From contig NC_043000.1 in the NCBI RefSeq assembly GCF_006345805.1, positions 15,376,001-15,440,000 on the forward strand: DNA of 64,000 bases, given 5' to 3'. How positions within the stretch are numbered: position 1 is the stretch's first letter; every line of letters begins with the position of its first letter. The notes under the pieces were generated by a model. That model was not told the DNA's origin. It ran no database searches and was given only the letters and a program-made list of their open reading frames with translations. The translations under genes and the position numbers were made by a program. The DNA is from Octopus sinensis. Its lineage: Eukaryota. Positions 12,010 through 23,154 of the stretch are shown piece after piece.

Positions 12010-13367
12010 ATTGTTGATAGTACAAATAAAGTCAGTTTAGGATTCAAATTATGAAGTGCGAATTTTTAATCTAAATATATTTAATCCAAACTGAACTACT
12101 CAAGTGACTTTTCCTTCATTTCTATCAGCTGTTCCAAGCAACAAGGCTTTACAGCAAGATGTTCTCAAAAGACATCTGTACTTCTTTTTTCTTTCTTTTA
12201 GAATGTTTATAAGAAGCAAGAAATACAATTAATGAAACTTCGATGTCGGTGAGGGAAAAAACCCCCAGAATAAATTGGGCCCAAATTCAAGCCACTTCAA
12301 TTTTGAAATGCGACAGTGGTTATAAATCGGAGGTAGCCATAAAGGTAATTAATAATTTCAAGCATAAATTAGAGCAATAATCGTTTCTTTAGAGAATATT
12401 TGTTGATATTAATTAGGCAAACCAAAATATTAAAATTTTTTGGCCTTTAATGTGTATTAGACTCAAACAACAAATTATATCTAACATATTAACCATAAAT
12501 TCCTAAAAACTGGATCAGTGACTAAACATATTGATCTAATCTAAAATGTTGGTTACTCAGACAATTAAACAAGGTTCTAACAGAATTTAAATCCACAGGA
12601 ATGTCGAATTAAAAAAGAAGACACTATTTATACTTGAAATTAGATTAGAAGGCTGTCACTAATTCTAGTTTAACTAAAAATGGTTATGAATTCTTGTAGA
12701 ACAGAAGAAGAAAAAATAAAGGGCGAGGGAGAGAGAAGGCAACCACCATCACAAGCATATCCTCAGAGAATATATAACCCAGGTAGGTATACAACAGGCA
12801 ACGAAACCTAAACATATTGAGGGAGGAAAAATATTCGTGCTTATACTCCAGGTGAGGTACTGCAGTTTATTATTATTATTATTTTTAATTAGATGAAAAT
12901 AAATTAATAACTAAATCAGACCAACATAGATTGGAGTGCAAATAAAATAAAGGCCCTGATTTTTTTTAGTTGTCAATTTGAAGAAGGTGGTACAAAATCT
13001 GTGTTAAGTATGAGATATGCAGCTGCTACAAAATTGTGCAGTGACGGCAAAGATACCTCGACAATGGTAGACAATATTCATTGCAAGACAGAGCAGTAAA
13101 TAGAAGCAGAGTTGAAGAATTCCCAGATCTCATCGACAGTCAAGAAATGTGCTGGAAGAGGCGTTAATGATCTGGGTAGTTCGTCTACTTCCATTTTTAG
13201 AGGTGGCACTCAACAAACAAGACAAATCGGTCAGGAAGCTGAATAATGATGATAGTAACACACAACTGAAGATGATAACTTGTGGAATGGTAACAAGTAC
13301 AAAAAATCGGTAAAGGAATTGGCTTTGAAAGGGCGACAGTTTGTGATCAACAAACCCCCGTATGTGC

Positions 13368-13415
<48 letters not shown>

Positions 13416-14235
13416 CTGTGTGTGTGTGTGTGTGTGTATACATATATATACACACACACAGATACATATACATAAAGGGTAACGAATTGAAGCTATTTGA
13501 CATCGCAGTCAGTGATAGCAGAAATAATCCAGTGTTATACAACAAATGTAAATCTAGAGACAGGGAAGACTGACATGAAAAAAATCCACGGTCTTTTAAT
13601 GTCCATGATTTCAATGACCGATGGAGTGTGGGTGTTCAAAACGAGAACTGGCACCTCCATGCATCGAGCACTGACTGGTAGATTAAAAAAATGTAATTAC
13701 TGCAAAAAGAAGCAGACAGACACTTAGAGAACGATTCCCAGACATGACCAAACAAGCATCGAAAATGTACATTGATAAATTAGCTGTAAACCGCTCACCA
13801 TATTCGAAGGGAAATCCCTGTAGCTGTCCTAGGTGAGAAAAGGGAGACTTGGTAGTGATCGTCGTCGTCCTGTCTTCTCGCCAAATTTGTTTTACAAAAC
13901 TGCGGTGTTTCCGAACGATTTAATCTTAGTCTTTTGGCACAGAAGCCTGAACTACAACTACAGAATAACGATAGAGGTGGAGACGGCGACACTTGATGCT
14001 GCTATGGTGGTGGTATATGTGTTAGTGAAGCAGTGGGAGGAGATTCGCTTTGCTTTATTTGTCTGGCTCCGACTCTGCGCTGACTTCTCATCACATCCGG
14101 GCACCACATATATATCTATACATACACATATATATATCTACACATACATATACACACACATGCAAGCTCGCGCACATATATACACACACACTCGCACTGA
14201 ACTCGTCGCTATTGCGCAGACGTTAACATTGATAA

Positions 14236-14262
14236 CTTCCTTTTTACGCTGGCAAAATGGCG
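14236..14262 (+). promoter_or_regulatory. TCT/5'TOP initiator and YY1-like motif of EEF1G
   Basis: CTTCCTTTTT at 14236-14245, 21 nt before the ATG. CAAAATGGCG overlaps the start codon. The surrounding region (about 13700-15400) retains CpGs. Confidence 0.75.
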
Positions 14263-14268
14263 AGTGGG
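14257..14268 (+). CDS. EEF1G: Elongation factor 1-gamma, coding exon 1 (MASG)
   Basis: ATGGCGAGTGGG followed by GT at 14269. It joins in frame to exon 2, giving [17 protein letters not shown], the typical eEF1G N-terminus. Confidence 0.93.
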
Positions 14269-14412
14269 GTGCGTTTTCGATCATGTTCCTATTCTCATCC
14301 GGTTTCTTTTTTGCAATCATTCTTTAATTTCATTTTCTAATCATATTGTTACAATGTTCTATTCCAGTGTTATGTATTTTTGTAATTATTTTCATAATCC
14401 ATTGTGTTTCAG

Positions 14413-14571
14413 ACCCTTTATACTTACCCGGACAATTTCCGAGCTTACAAAATCCTCATTGCCGCAAAATATAGCGGTGCAAACGTGACAGTTGCATCAT
14501 CTCCGCCGGCTTTCCAGTTTGGAGAAACTAATAAATCCAATGTGTTTCTGGAGAAATTCCCTCTTGGAAAA
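14413..14571 (+). CDS. EEF1G: eEF1-gamma exon 2 (GST-N domain)
   Basis: TTTCAG acceptor; [20 protein letters not shown]...FLEKFPLGK; GT at 14572; 159 nt. Confidence 0.98.
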
Positions 14572-14685
14572 GTATATATATATTTTTTTACACCTTTAGA
14601 CATATTCGGGGAAAACTTATTTTTGTAACAACATTCAGTCCATAACATCAGCAAATTTTCAGTGTGTTCGGGTATAATATGTATA

Positions 14686-14720
<35 letters not shown>

Positions 14721-15553
14721 GTATGTATCTATGTAAATTTGCCTATACATGGGTGTAATCGAATTGCGAAAAGAAGAATGACTTCTTTTCGCAGTTCTTC
14801 ATTGATTCTTTGCTCTTGTTACACGTCATTGTTCTTTCTTGTTCAACGAATTGTGCCCAGTCATGGCTTTATTTCGTCTTCGTAGTCGATCAAGAACTAT
14901 TTTAGAACTGATACGTATTTGTGTGACGTTGATCAATTAGTATGTTGTATGTTACTATTCCTAGAATTCTAGGAATTGCCATTTCGCTAAAGTCCAGTAT
15001 GGAATAACTGTCCTTAAAGTGATTGGAAAATATACCTTGCGAATGGTTGGCATTTTCACAAAATTTCTTTCTCAAATAAGAATTACATTGATATACATAA
15101 AACTTGCCCAGTCTGAGAAAATAATGAATATCTTCCCTGAGGACTAGTGTAACCCAATTGTATGACTTGGTGAATATCTGCAATTGGCATGGCCTCCAAA
15201 TATTTTTTTTAGCAAAAGATTTTTCTTTAAAAAAAGAGAGCGATCTTTGGTATTGTGAAAAAGTCGCCCCTCAACGACTTCTGAGAAGCCAGTAGGAAAT
15301 GCAAAGGTTCAACCGACATGCAGGGTAGTTTCTAGTATACATAGAAACAGTGACTGTCGGCATTGAATTCTGAAATCCATTGAGATACAAAATGAAATTG
15401 AAGGGAACCTAAGAAAACTGGATAAAAAAAAAACTTATGTCGATGTATATTGTTTGTCTATCTTAACTATTTTTCATAATATGTTTATTCAGGGAAACAA
15501 ATTTGATGATGATTTCCTCCTTGTTTTACCATGTAAATAATTTTTTTCTTCAG

Positions 15554-15617
15554 GTCCCTGCTTTTGAATCCTCAACAGGAGAATGCTATTTTGAAAGTAA
15601 TGCAATTGCTCATCTTG
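15554..15617 (+). CDS. EEF1G: eEF1-gamma exon 3
   Basis: CTTCAG acceptor; VPAFESSTGECYFESNAIAHL; GTAAGT donor; 64 nt. Confidence 0.97.
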
Positions 15618-15704
15618 GTAAGTTTAATATTTCAGTTGATTCCCCGAACCCTGCATTTTCTGTTTTATATATGAATCTATAATGTATATAACCTCTATTT
15701 TTAG

Positions 15705-15847
15705 TGGGATCTGCTCAGTTAAGAGGTGCTTCTGTTGAAGATGCTACTCGTATCCTTCAGTGGATCAACTTTGCTGATAATGAGATCTTGCCTGCATCTT
15801 GCACATGGGTATATCCATGTCTTGGCATTATTCAGTTCAACAAGCAG
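15705..15847 (+). CDS. EEF1G: eEF1-gamma exon 4
   Basis: TTTTAG acceptor; GSAQLRGAS...ILQWINFADNEILPASCTWVYPCLGIIQFNKQ; GTATGA donor; 143 nt. Confidence 0.97.
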
Positions 15848-17454
15848 GTATGAAACTAATACTTGAAAAAATTGTTCTATGACTGGAAGTTTTTCTAATA
15901 TTTCCCCATAATTGCTTAAAATTGAATAAAATACAGTGAAACTTGAGGGGCTATGCTAGTGATTGTCGCCTGTCCAATGTTTTTTGTAAATGGGTATTTA
16001 GTTTTGTATTTCTGTGTAGCCTGGCTGGTTTCAAATGTTTTACACTCTTCTGGATCAAGTCTGATTCAGTGTACAATTATTTTCATAAACCAAGTACTCA
16101 AAAGCTTATAAAAATGTACTTGTGTGTTTTGGGGGAAAGCTAAGAGTTAAGGAGTGAGGCTATTTGGTTTTAAGATTAATTTTTACCTTAAACATTTTGC
16201 TGTTATATATTAATTCAGGTTACTGAATGATGCTAACTCTAAAATAATAGTTCTTGCTATTTATGTAAATGTCTGAAACCTATCATACATCAGTGGGTGA
16301 GATTTTTATGTGAACCTTCAGTTTCAGGATGTTTATTGTTTTAATGTCCATCCACTTTTTCATGCTTGCATGGGTCAGTTTATTGAGACACAATTTCTCT
16401 GGCTTGATGCCCTTTCTGTCACCAATCCTCAGCTGTTTCTATGTAAGGAAATACTTCTCCATGACCAGGCAATGTTTTTGCAGGATATGGAAATGAATGA
16501 CATTGTGTGACACTCACAAGGAAACAAACTCACACATATATGGAGATGTATGCTAGGCTTTTTTTCAGTTTTTATCTTTCAAGTCCACTCACTAGGGTTT
16601 GGTATTATTGTAGCAGACACTTGCCCAAAGTGTCATGTCTTGAGACTGAACCCAAAACCTTGTGATTGAGAAGCAAATTTAACCATACAGCCACGTCTGT
16701 CTTCTGTGTTTTCATTTGAATTTGACATGAGTATTTAATACATGACAATACAAGGTTCAAGTTGTATGTGTATTTAGTAGTTGTAACTTCATTTTTGATT
16801 CTAGGCAGTGAGAAAGAGAGAGAGGGAGATGGTTCACGGCTTGGGTGGAATGGTATGCAACTTGTAGATATAGTAACCTTTTTGAAGTATAACTCAAATA
16901 ATTAGATGATAATGTCCTGATTAAAAAATTGGTTGCTCTACTAATTAACAACATGAAGAAGCTTAAAATTCGATTTCATGGGTTTGGAGGATCTTGAACT
17001 TACATAAATAAATTTATTGTATTTTAGTTCCTTTCATCCTGTTCTGTTACTTGAGGGTACTTGGAAAGAAATCTTTCCAACTGGGAGTAACCATGTATTT
17101 TGCCTAGAGCAAGACACCTGTTCCTTTCTGTCCCTCTGTCATACTTGAATGTCTCATCACTTGGCAAATCCTAGTTTGATGAGCTTGTAACTGCGTGGGT
17201 GCCATGTGAAAAGTACTCAGTACATTCTGTAAAGTGGTTGGCATTAAGAAGGGTATCTAGCTGTAGAATGCCAAAGCAGACATTAGAGCTTGGTGCAGTT
17301 TTTTGACTTGCTTGCTCCTGTTGAAACATCCAACCCACGTTATCATGAAAAACATTTAAATGATGGTGATAATAGGGAGGGGTAAAGGTTTCTATGGAAC
17401 TTTATGATTGATTAAAAAATATTGTAACAATTAATGTTTTTTTCTATTTTATAG

Positions 17455-17598
17455 GAGACTGAAAAGGCCAAGGAACAAATCAAGAAAGTATTGGCTGTTC
17501 TCAACCAGCATCTACAAACACGTACATTCTTAGTAGGTGAAAGAATCAGTCAAGCTGATATTACCGTATGTTGCAATATGTTGCAGCTCTACAAGTTG
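17455..17598 (+). CDS. EEF1G: eEF1-gamma exon 5 (GST-C domain)
   Basis: [38 protein letters not shown]...; GTAAGC donor; 144 nt. Confidence 0.97.
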
Positions 17599-18476
17599 GT
17601 AAGCAATTGTTATAAGCTATGACATTCTCCTAATTGATGTTGTGCCTGAATAATGGTTGATGGAATAATACATTTTTAAATGTAAAGAAATCTAGTGTAC
17701 TTCGTTAACGGTTGCTTAGTCACATATTTTTATCGTTTTAAGATCTATTTTTCCATTGGGTGCACTGGCCAGGTGTCCTTCCTGTTTGCCAGCCGTCGTC
17801 AGTTTTTATTAGTCAGTTGGTAAAATGTCGATTAGCTTTCAAGGAGCTGGATTGAATTATTTTCTTTGCTGTAGCTGATTGTATAGGTGTAGAGCATTGC
17901 TTGTGTAACGCCAGGTCAACTGATATCATATGCATTCCGGTCAGAATAGTCCTGTTTCTTTAACAGTGTTCAGGGCTACATTATGAAATATGTCCTTATT
18001 GAAAAAAAAAATAGGGGTTATTTCAGAGGAATTTAGTTGTATGGTACAAGGTTGTAAGCATCAGGAATATAATTATTTGGCTATTTTAATAATTTATGTA
18101 TGGGAGACAACTCTAGACATGTTTTAGTCTTATTTGATTTCTGTGAAGGAAAACTTAAATATGAATATTTAAAAAATAATACGTACATTATTCAGATTAT
18201 GAAATGTAGCAGTTCATTTTGAGATGTTACTTTTGAAATACTAATTTTCTAACTAGGTCTGTATCCATATTCATTTATATTGTATGAAGTTTAAATCAAG
18301 ATTGAATGCTTAGATTCCATGTTAAAACATTAAAATGTAGTAAATTATTAACTGTTTATTGCTAAGGGTGTTCAGTATATTTTTAATTTCCCTATCACGG
18401 TTTTAAGTTGTGAAATGTTTATTCCAGTTGAATTTAACTGAGTGATACTTAATTTTGACTTTTTTTTTCCCCTTAG

Positions 18477-18606
18477 GTTCTAGACCCTGAATTCCGTAAA
18501 AATTACATAAATGTCAATAGGTGGTTTACTACCATGATCAACCAGCCTCAAGTGAAATCTGTTATTGGGACTTTAACTCTCTGTACTAAGATGGCACAAT
18601 TTGATG
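18477..18606 (+). CDS. EEF1G: eEF1-gamma exon 6
   Basis: [29 protein letters not shown]...CTKMAQFD; GTAAGA donor; 130 nt. Confidence 0.97.
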
Positions 18607-18784
18607 GTAAGATATGCTTCTATTTGCCAGTATTTTAAAACTAACCTATGTAGCAATTTTTTTTAGTCCTTAGTTTCTCCTATTCTGTCAATAGCTAAAA
18701 AGAACGTTCTCATTATTGAATATTATTGGGTTCTGGTTGTGAAATGTTTTAATGTTCTCCCAATTTTTTCTAAATGTTTATCAG

Positions 18785-18873
18785 GTAAGAAGTATGCAGA
18801 AATCCACGGTCAGGGAAAGAAAGAAAAGAAAGAGAAACAACCAAAAGCGGAAAAAGCTCCTCCGAAACCCAAA
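18785..18873 (+). CDS. EEF1G: eEF1-gamma exon 7 (Lys-rich linker)
   Basis: TATCAG acceptor; KKYAEIHGQGKKEKKEKQPKAEKAPPKPK; GTAAAT donor; 89 nt keeps the frame. Confidence 0.9.
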
Positions 18874-19076
18874 GTAAATATCCATTTTGCCTCATTTCTT
18901 CAAAACTTGTAAACCTGTTGAAGTGGTTGTTCCTTGTTTTCATATATTTAGTAACTGCTTCTAAGGGAAATGACTGCTCGTTTATTGCAGTAAAAGTGTT
19001 TGTGCTCTCTCTCGTTTGCAAATGCCAGCTTGCTTGTCTCCCTTCTCTTTATCAATATTTAATCATGAAATTGTGA

Positions 19077-19298
19077 TTAACCCTTTCGATACCAACCCGG
19101 CTGAAACTGGCTCTGAGTACAAATGTCTTGTTTTCATAAGTTTTGAATTAAAATCTTCCACCAAACCTTAGTCACAATTAATGTTCCTAACACTAACTTA
19201 ATGATAACTAAGCTATTTTACTAAATTCTTTGTTATATTTAAAGTAATTGAAAGAAATACAGAGTATCTCAAAATAAATACAGTAATGAAAGGGTTAA
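19077..19298 (+). mobile_element. piggyBac-like MITE family A in EEF1G intron 7
   Basis: TTAA-CCCTTTCG ... GAAAGGG-TTAA; 214 bp between the TTAA duplications. Confidence 0.85.
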
Positions 19299-19634
19299 TG
19301 TAATTAGAATCAACATGGTCTTGATTGTAGTTGGGGAAGGAAACCACCTTGATTTACCAATGGTTTAGATAGTTCATGTTCAGTTTAGATGTAGATTTAG
19401 GGTGGAATTTTTTGTACAGTTAGCTGGATAATTTCTAAATATTATCTGTTCTGATTGTTGAATGAGGTGTATTTGAGGTTTCTTGTTAACAATTGTTCAG
19501 AATTGGAGTATGAATGCTCAGTTTGACAAACACCTGTATTCTAAAAGTGTTGAAATTTTGATGTAACAACTATTTGATGTATCAGAATGAAGACTTTGTT
19601 TTAGTAGCATAACTGATTATACTTTTTGTTTTAG

Positions 19635-19714
19635 GAACCGAAAGCAGGATCTGGTGATGAGTTTGACCCACCACCAGTCAAAAGAGAAGATCCGTTTGCT
19701 AAGCTCGATAAGGG
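19635..19714 (+). CDS. EEF1G: eEF1-gamma exon 8 (linker end)
   Basis: TTTTAG acceptor; EPKAGSGDEFDPPPVKREDPFAKLDKG; GTAAGA donor; 80 nt. Confidence 0.93.
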
Positions 19715-20079
19715 GTAAGAGAATCTTATTACTCTGTTAATCAACTAAAATTTCTAACGGGAGTATTTCTTGGGTATTTAAAGAATCAATTTGAACATGA
19801 GTATTTAATTCAGATTACAGTCGAGAAGTTATCTAACCTGAAAATGTTCCTCTAAAGTGAAGCATAAAAAACTGTTAAACTTTTATTTTGAGTGCTAAGT
19901 CTTTGATAATCTCGATTTTTCTTCAATGACCTATACATTTGGTGTAATGTAAGTCCTGCAACACTTTGTACATTTGCTTATTCTTTTAATGTATTGAAGT
20001 CCTTGTCTTAACCCCTTTTGTCTATATTGAGCACAACTATTCCTCTGTTGGTATTGTATTCTTACTTATTTTATTTCAG

Positions 20080-20252
20080 GACCTTCAACATGGATGAGTT
20101 CAAGCGTTCATATTCCAACAATGACACAAAAACTGTTGCCCTTCCATTCTTCTGGGATCATTTTGATAAACAACATTATTCCATCTGGCTTTCAGAATAC
20201 AAATATGATTCTGAGTTGACTTACATCTTTATGTCAGCTAATTTGATCAGAG
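20080..20252 (+). CDS. EEF1G: eEF1-gamma exon 9 (C-terminal EF1G domain)
   Basis: [29 protein letters not shown]...FMSANLIR; GTGAG donor; 173 nt. Confidence 0.98.
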
Positions 20253-20284
20253 GTGAGATATTTGCCTTCTCTTTTTCTGTTTAG

Positions 20285-20474
20285 CTCATTTGCATTTAAA
20301 CTGGCTTTATCAGGCTCGTGTGTTCCACCTGTTTTATGTTCACACTGACCAGGTCCAGTTTCTCACACTTATCTCTTACAATGTCATTCTTTAAAGTGGT
20401 CACAGCAAAATTTCATAGGTATAAGATAATGTAAGCATTACATTTATCAGTAATCTGAATGCTAGAGGATTAAA
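20285..20474 (-). mobile_element. Diverged MITE family B in EEF1G intron 9
   Basis: TAATCTGAATGCTAGAGGATTAA end and internal similarity to 32660-32889. Confidence 0.55.
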
Positions 20475-20970
20475 ATTTTACATTGCATTTGGTGTACACT
20501 AGTGTTGAATATAGGTTGCCAATGGACCAGCTAACACTTTCTGACCTGTTTATATCCATTGCATCAGTGGAAGATATTCAAATATGCTATGTGCTTCAAT
20601 AAAGCCTGTTTACTCGAATGTGTTATCCCTTTTTATAGCCAGCTTGATTTTAATTTAGAAATTGAATGCGAGATCTTCAACTGCTTTTTTGTAGGAGCAT
20701 ATAAACTGATTTAAATTACAAGATATATTGTGAGTTACAACCATTGCATATCAAGCTGTTCTTATATAGCTGTTGCAGTATAAATTTGTGACTATATTAA
20801 TCCTATTTGGTTAGACATGATGAAGCCTCTAATAAGAGAACACTATATTGCCCAATTCTATTGTTCCAGTTTGTGATTATTAAATGTGCTTAGTGGATTA
20901 AAATCTCATTTCAGGATTGTTTTTATAAATGCATAATCTATTTACTTTCAACTTTTTGTTTTTTAAATAG

Positions 20971-21095
20971 GAATGTTCCAGCGTTTAGAAAAACTAAATA
21001 AACAATGTTTTGCTAGTGTCCTTATATTTGGTGAAGATTCAAAGAATTCTATCTCTGGTATTTGGATTTGGCTTGGTCAGGAACTAGTTTTTAAT
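20971..21095 (+). CDS. EEF1G: eEF1-gamma exon 10
   Basis: [42 protein letters not shown]; GTAAGT donor; 125 nt. Confidence 0.98.
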
Positions 21096-21200
21096 GTAAG
21101 TTACTTGATTTTCTTAAGTATTTCTTATCTTTACCCATGTCTGTGCTCCATTCTGCATTAGTCTTTGATGTGAACTGGTGATCAGGTGTTTGAAAGCCTC

Positions 21201-21429
21201 TTAACCCTTTCGTTACCAAGCCAGCTGAAACCGGCTCTGGCTCTGAGTACAAATGTCTCGTTTTCATAAGTTTTGAATTAAAATCTTCTACCAAACCTAA
21301 GTCACAATTTATGTTCCTAACACCAGCTAAATGATAACTAAGTTTTTTTTACTAAATTCTTTGTTATATTTAAAGTAATTGAAAGAAACACAGAGCATCT
21401 CAACAGAAATACAGTAACGAAAGGGTTAA
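21201..21429 (+). mobile_element. piggyBac-like MITE family A in EEF1G intron 10
   Basis: TTAA-CCCTTTCG ... CGAAAGGG-TTAA; closely similar to 19077-19298. Confidence 0.85.
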
Positions 21430-21613
21430 TAGAACTTGTAATTAAATACTGTTTGTAGCATTGTGTGTAATGTAAAGCATTTTGATCTAAACTATTCTTA
21501 TGCTATATGCAATTATTATTTGTACATTGTATTTGGAGATTTGTTTTTGTTAAAATTTTGACAGCTACTTAATAGACCTGTAATAACTTGAAATATTTGT
21601 TTGCTATTTTCAG

Positions 21614-21766
21614 CTCTCCCCAGATTGGGAGGTGGATTACGATTGCTATAGCTGGAAGAAATTGGACCCAGACAGTCCGGAAACAAAGACAATTGTTGAT
21701 GAATATCTTAGTTGGGAGGGAGATTTTGGTGGTAAAAAGGTAAACCAAGGCAAGATATTTAAATAA
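21614..21766 (+). CDS. EEF1G: eEF1-gamma exon 11 (last coding exon)
   Basis: [19 protein letters not shown]...[21 protein letters not shown] then TAA. The summed CDS is 1272 nt, i.e. 423 aa plus stop. Confidence 0.98.
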   Translation, partial: LSPDWEVDYDCYSWKKLDPDSPETKTIVDEYLSWEGDFGGKKVNQGKIFK

Positions 21767-21800
21767 ACACTATATATCATTGTCAAAGTAAAAATCAAGT

Positions 21801-21806
21801 AATAAA
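21801..21806 (+). terminator. Candidate polyadenylation signal of EEF1G
   Basis: AATAAA 35 nt after the stop codon, followed by a T-rich tract. Confidence 0.55.
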
Positions 21807-23154
21807 ATAAAATGACTGAATTGTATATATATATTTTTATTTTTTCTGGCATTTACATCTGAGATTTTCATTTGCTAACATTGTTATATTATTCGGACCA
21901 ATTTCTTTTGAGGGAGAGAAATGTGTCTGGATGACTGTCTTTCTTTGAGTGTAAGAATCTGCCAGTCTTATGCATAGCAAAAATTTTCCTAGGCTGGATG
22001 AATATTGGTAAATCATTGAGGTAAGATATGTAAAGCTTGCCTTTGATGAAATAGACTGGAAATACATATAGGGATATACTCTCTCAGAACAAGATGTCTA
22101 TTTACAATGGACCTGGTGAATAGATGGGTTTATCGATGAGCTTAAAATATTTCTTGCTTTAGCATTTCAGGTAAGCTAAATAGTGAAAAGAAATAAGAAT
22201 TTGAAGATTAGCTATATAATTTTAAAATGTAATACTTATTGTTGTTGCTCGTCTTCCTGTAGAAATTTGCAGTTAATCCTGTAGACAGGTGAAAATGAGT
22301 CAGTGTGTGTTGATTGGTTTTTTTTTTTTTCTATTTAAATTTTATGTAAGAAAAATATTTAATTTTAGAAAGATAAAAAGAAAAACTCAACATGCTAAGT
22401 TCACAGCTTCAACCGTTATTCAGAGACTAGTGACAAATTTTTGAGACTATTAACCATATTCTGGACCACCTTTTGTAGCTTGAAGTTTTGATGGAATAAT
22501 TAAAATTTACTTCACTTCAAAAGAGCTGAGAGTAATTTCGGGTAGGGTGGCATGAAAAGCATCAATCTTTATTAGTTTTTGTGCAATGTATGTACAAGAT
22601 TTATCTGTACATGGGATATACATATGTACTGTCTAATGCATGTGGGAGGGGCAGTGAAATTCCAGAAAGAAAAAAAAACCCGGAAAAGCTATATGCTGTG
22701 TCTTTATGATGTATGGTAATAATAATTTTGATACAATTAAGAACAATAAAACGGTAAAGTTCACAAATCAGCACAAAATATAGAAGATGGCCAGTGAAGG
22801 ATGTAAAAAGTGGTATGGAGTCAACATTGTGGAGATCAGAGTTGCATTCATTTTCTTAATTTAAAATAAATTTTGATAGTGACTGCATTTCTTACAATGA
22901 GATACGCATGGTTGTGTTGCTACAGAAGAAAGTATCATTTGAAAGCATATTTATAAAACCCCCTCTTAATTATTTTGATAATGAAAGTATTTATGACATG
23001 GGACAATTTTAACAGGTATAGTAGCATAGAGACAAAAGTACATTTTGTCCTTTTTGCTATTTTTGGTTTATCATGAATTATTTTGATATTAGTAAAATAG
23101 GAATCCAACTAATGTGTTAGCACTTTTGTAGAAAACTAACATTTATTGCTATGT

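Noticed and set aside
13833-14327. 164-aa plus-strand ORF
   Set aside because: It has a GTG start, runs through a microsatellite and the EEF1G promoter, and shows no recognisable domain.
14404-14628. ORF-track start MFQ for EEF1G
   Set aside because: It begins in intron 1 at a non-ATG codon; the true start is the 12-nt exon at 14257.
15955-16080. H/ACA snoRNA in EEF1G intron 4
   Set aside because: Two hairpins and a terminal ACA can be drawn, but there is no ANANNA box in the hinge.
16725-19809. Shared 15-mer ACATGAGTATTTAAT in EEF1G introns 4 and 8
   Set aside because: The flanks are unrelated and the match is AT-rich; not distinguishable from chance or a repeat remnant.
20817-20900. C/D snoRNA in EEF1G intron 9
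   Set aside because: Box C (ATGATGA) is present but no box D (CTGA) follows before the acceptor.
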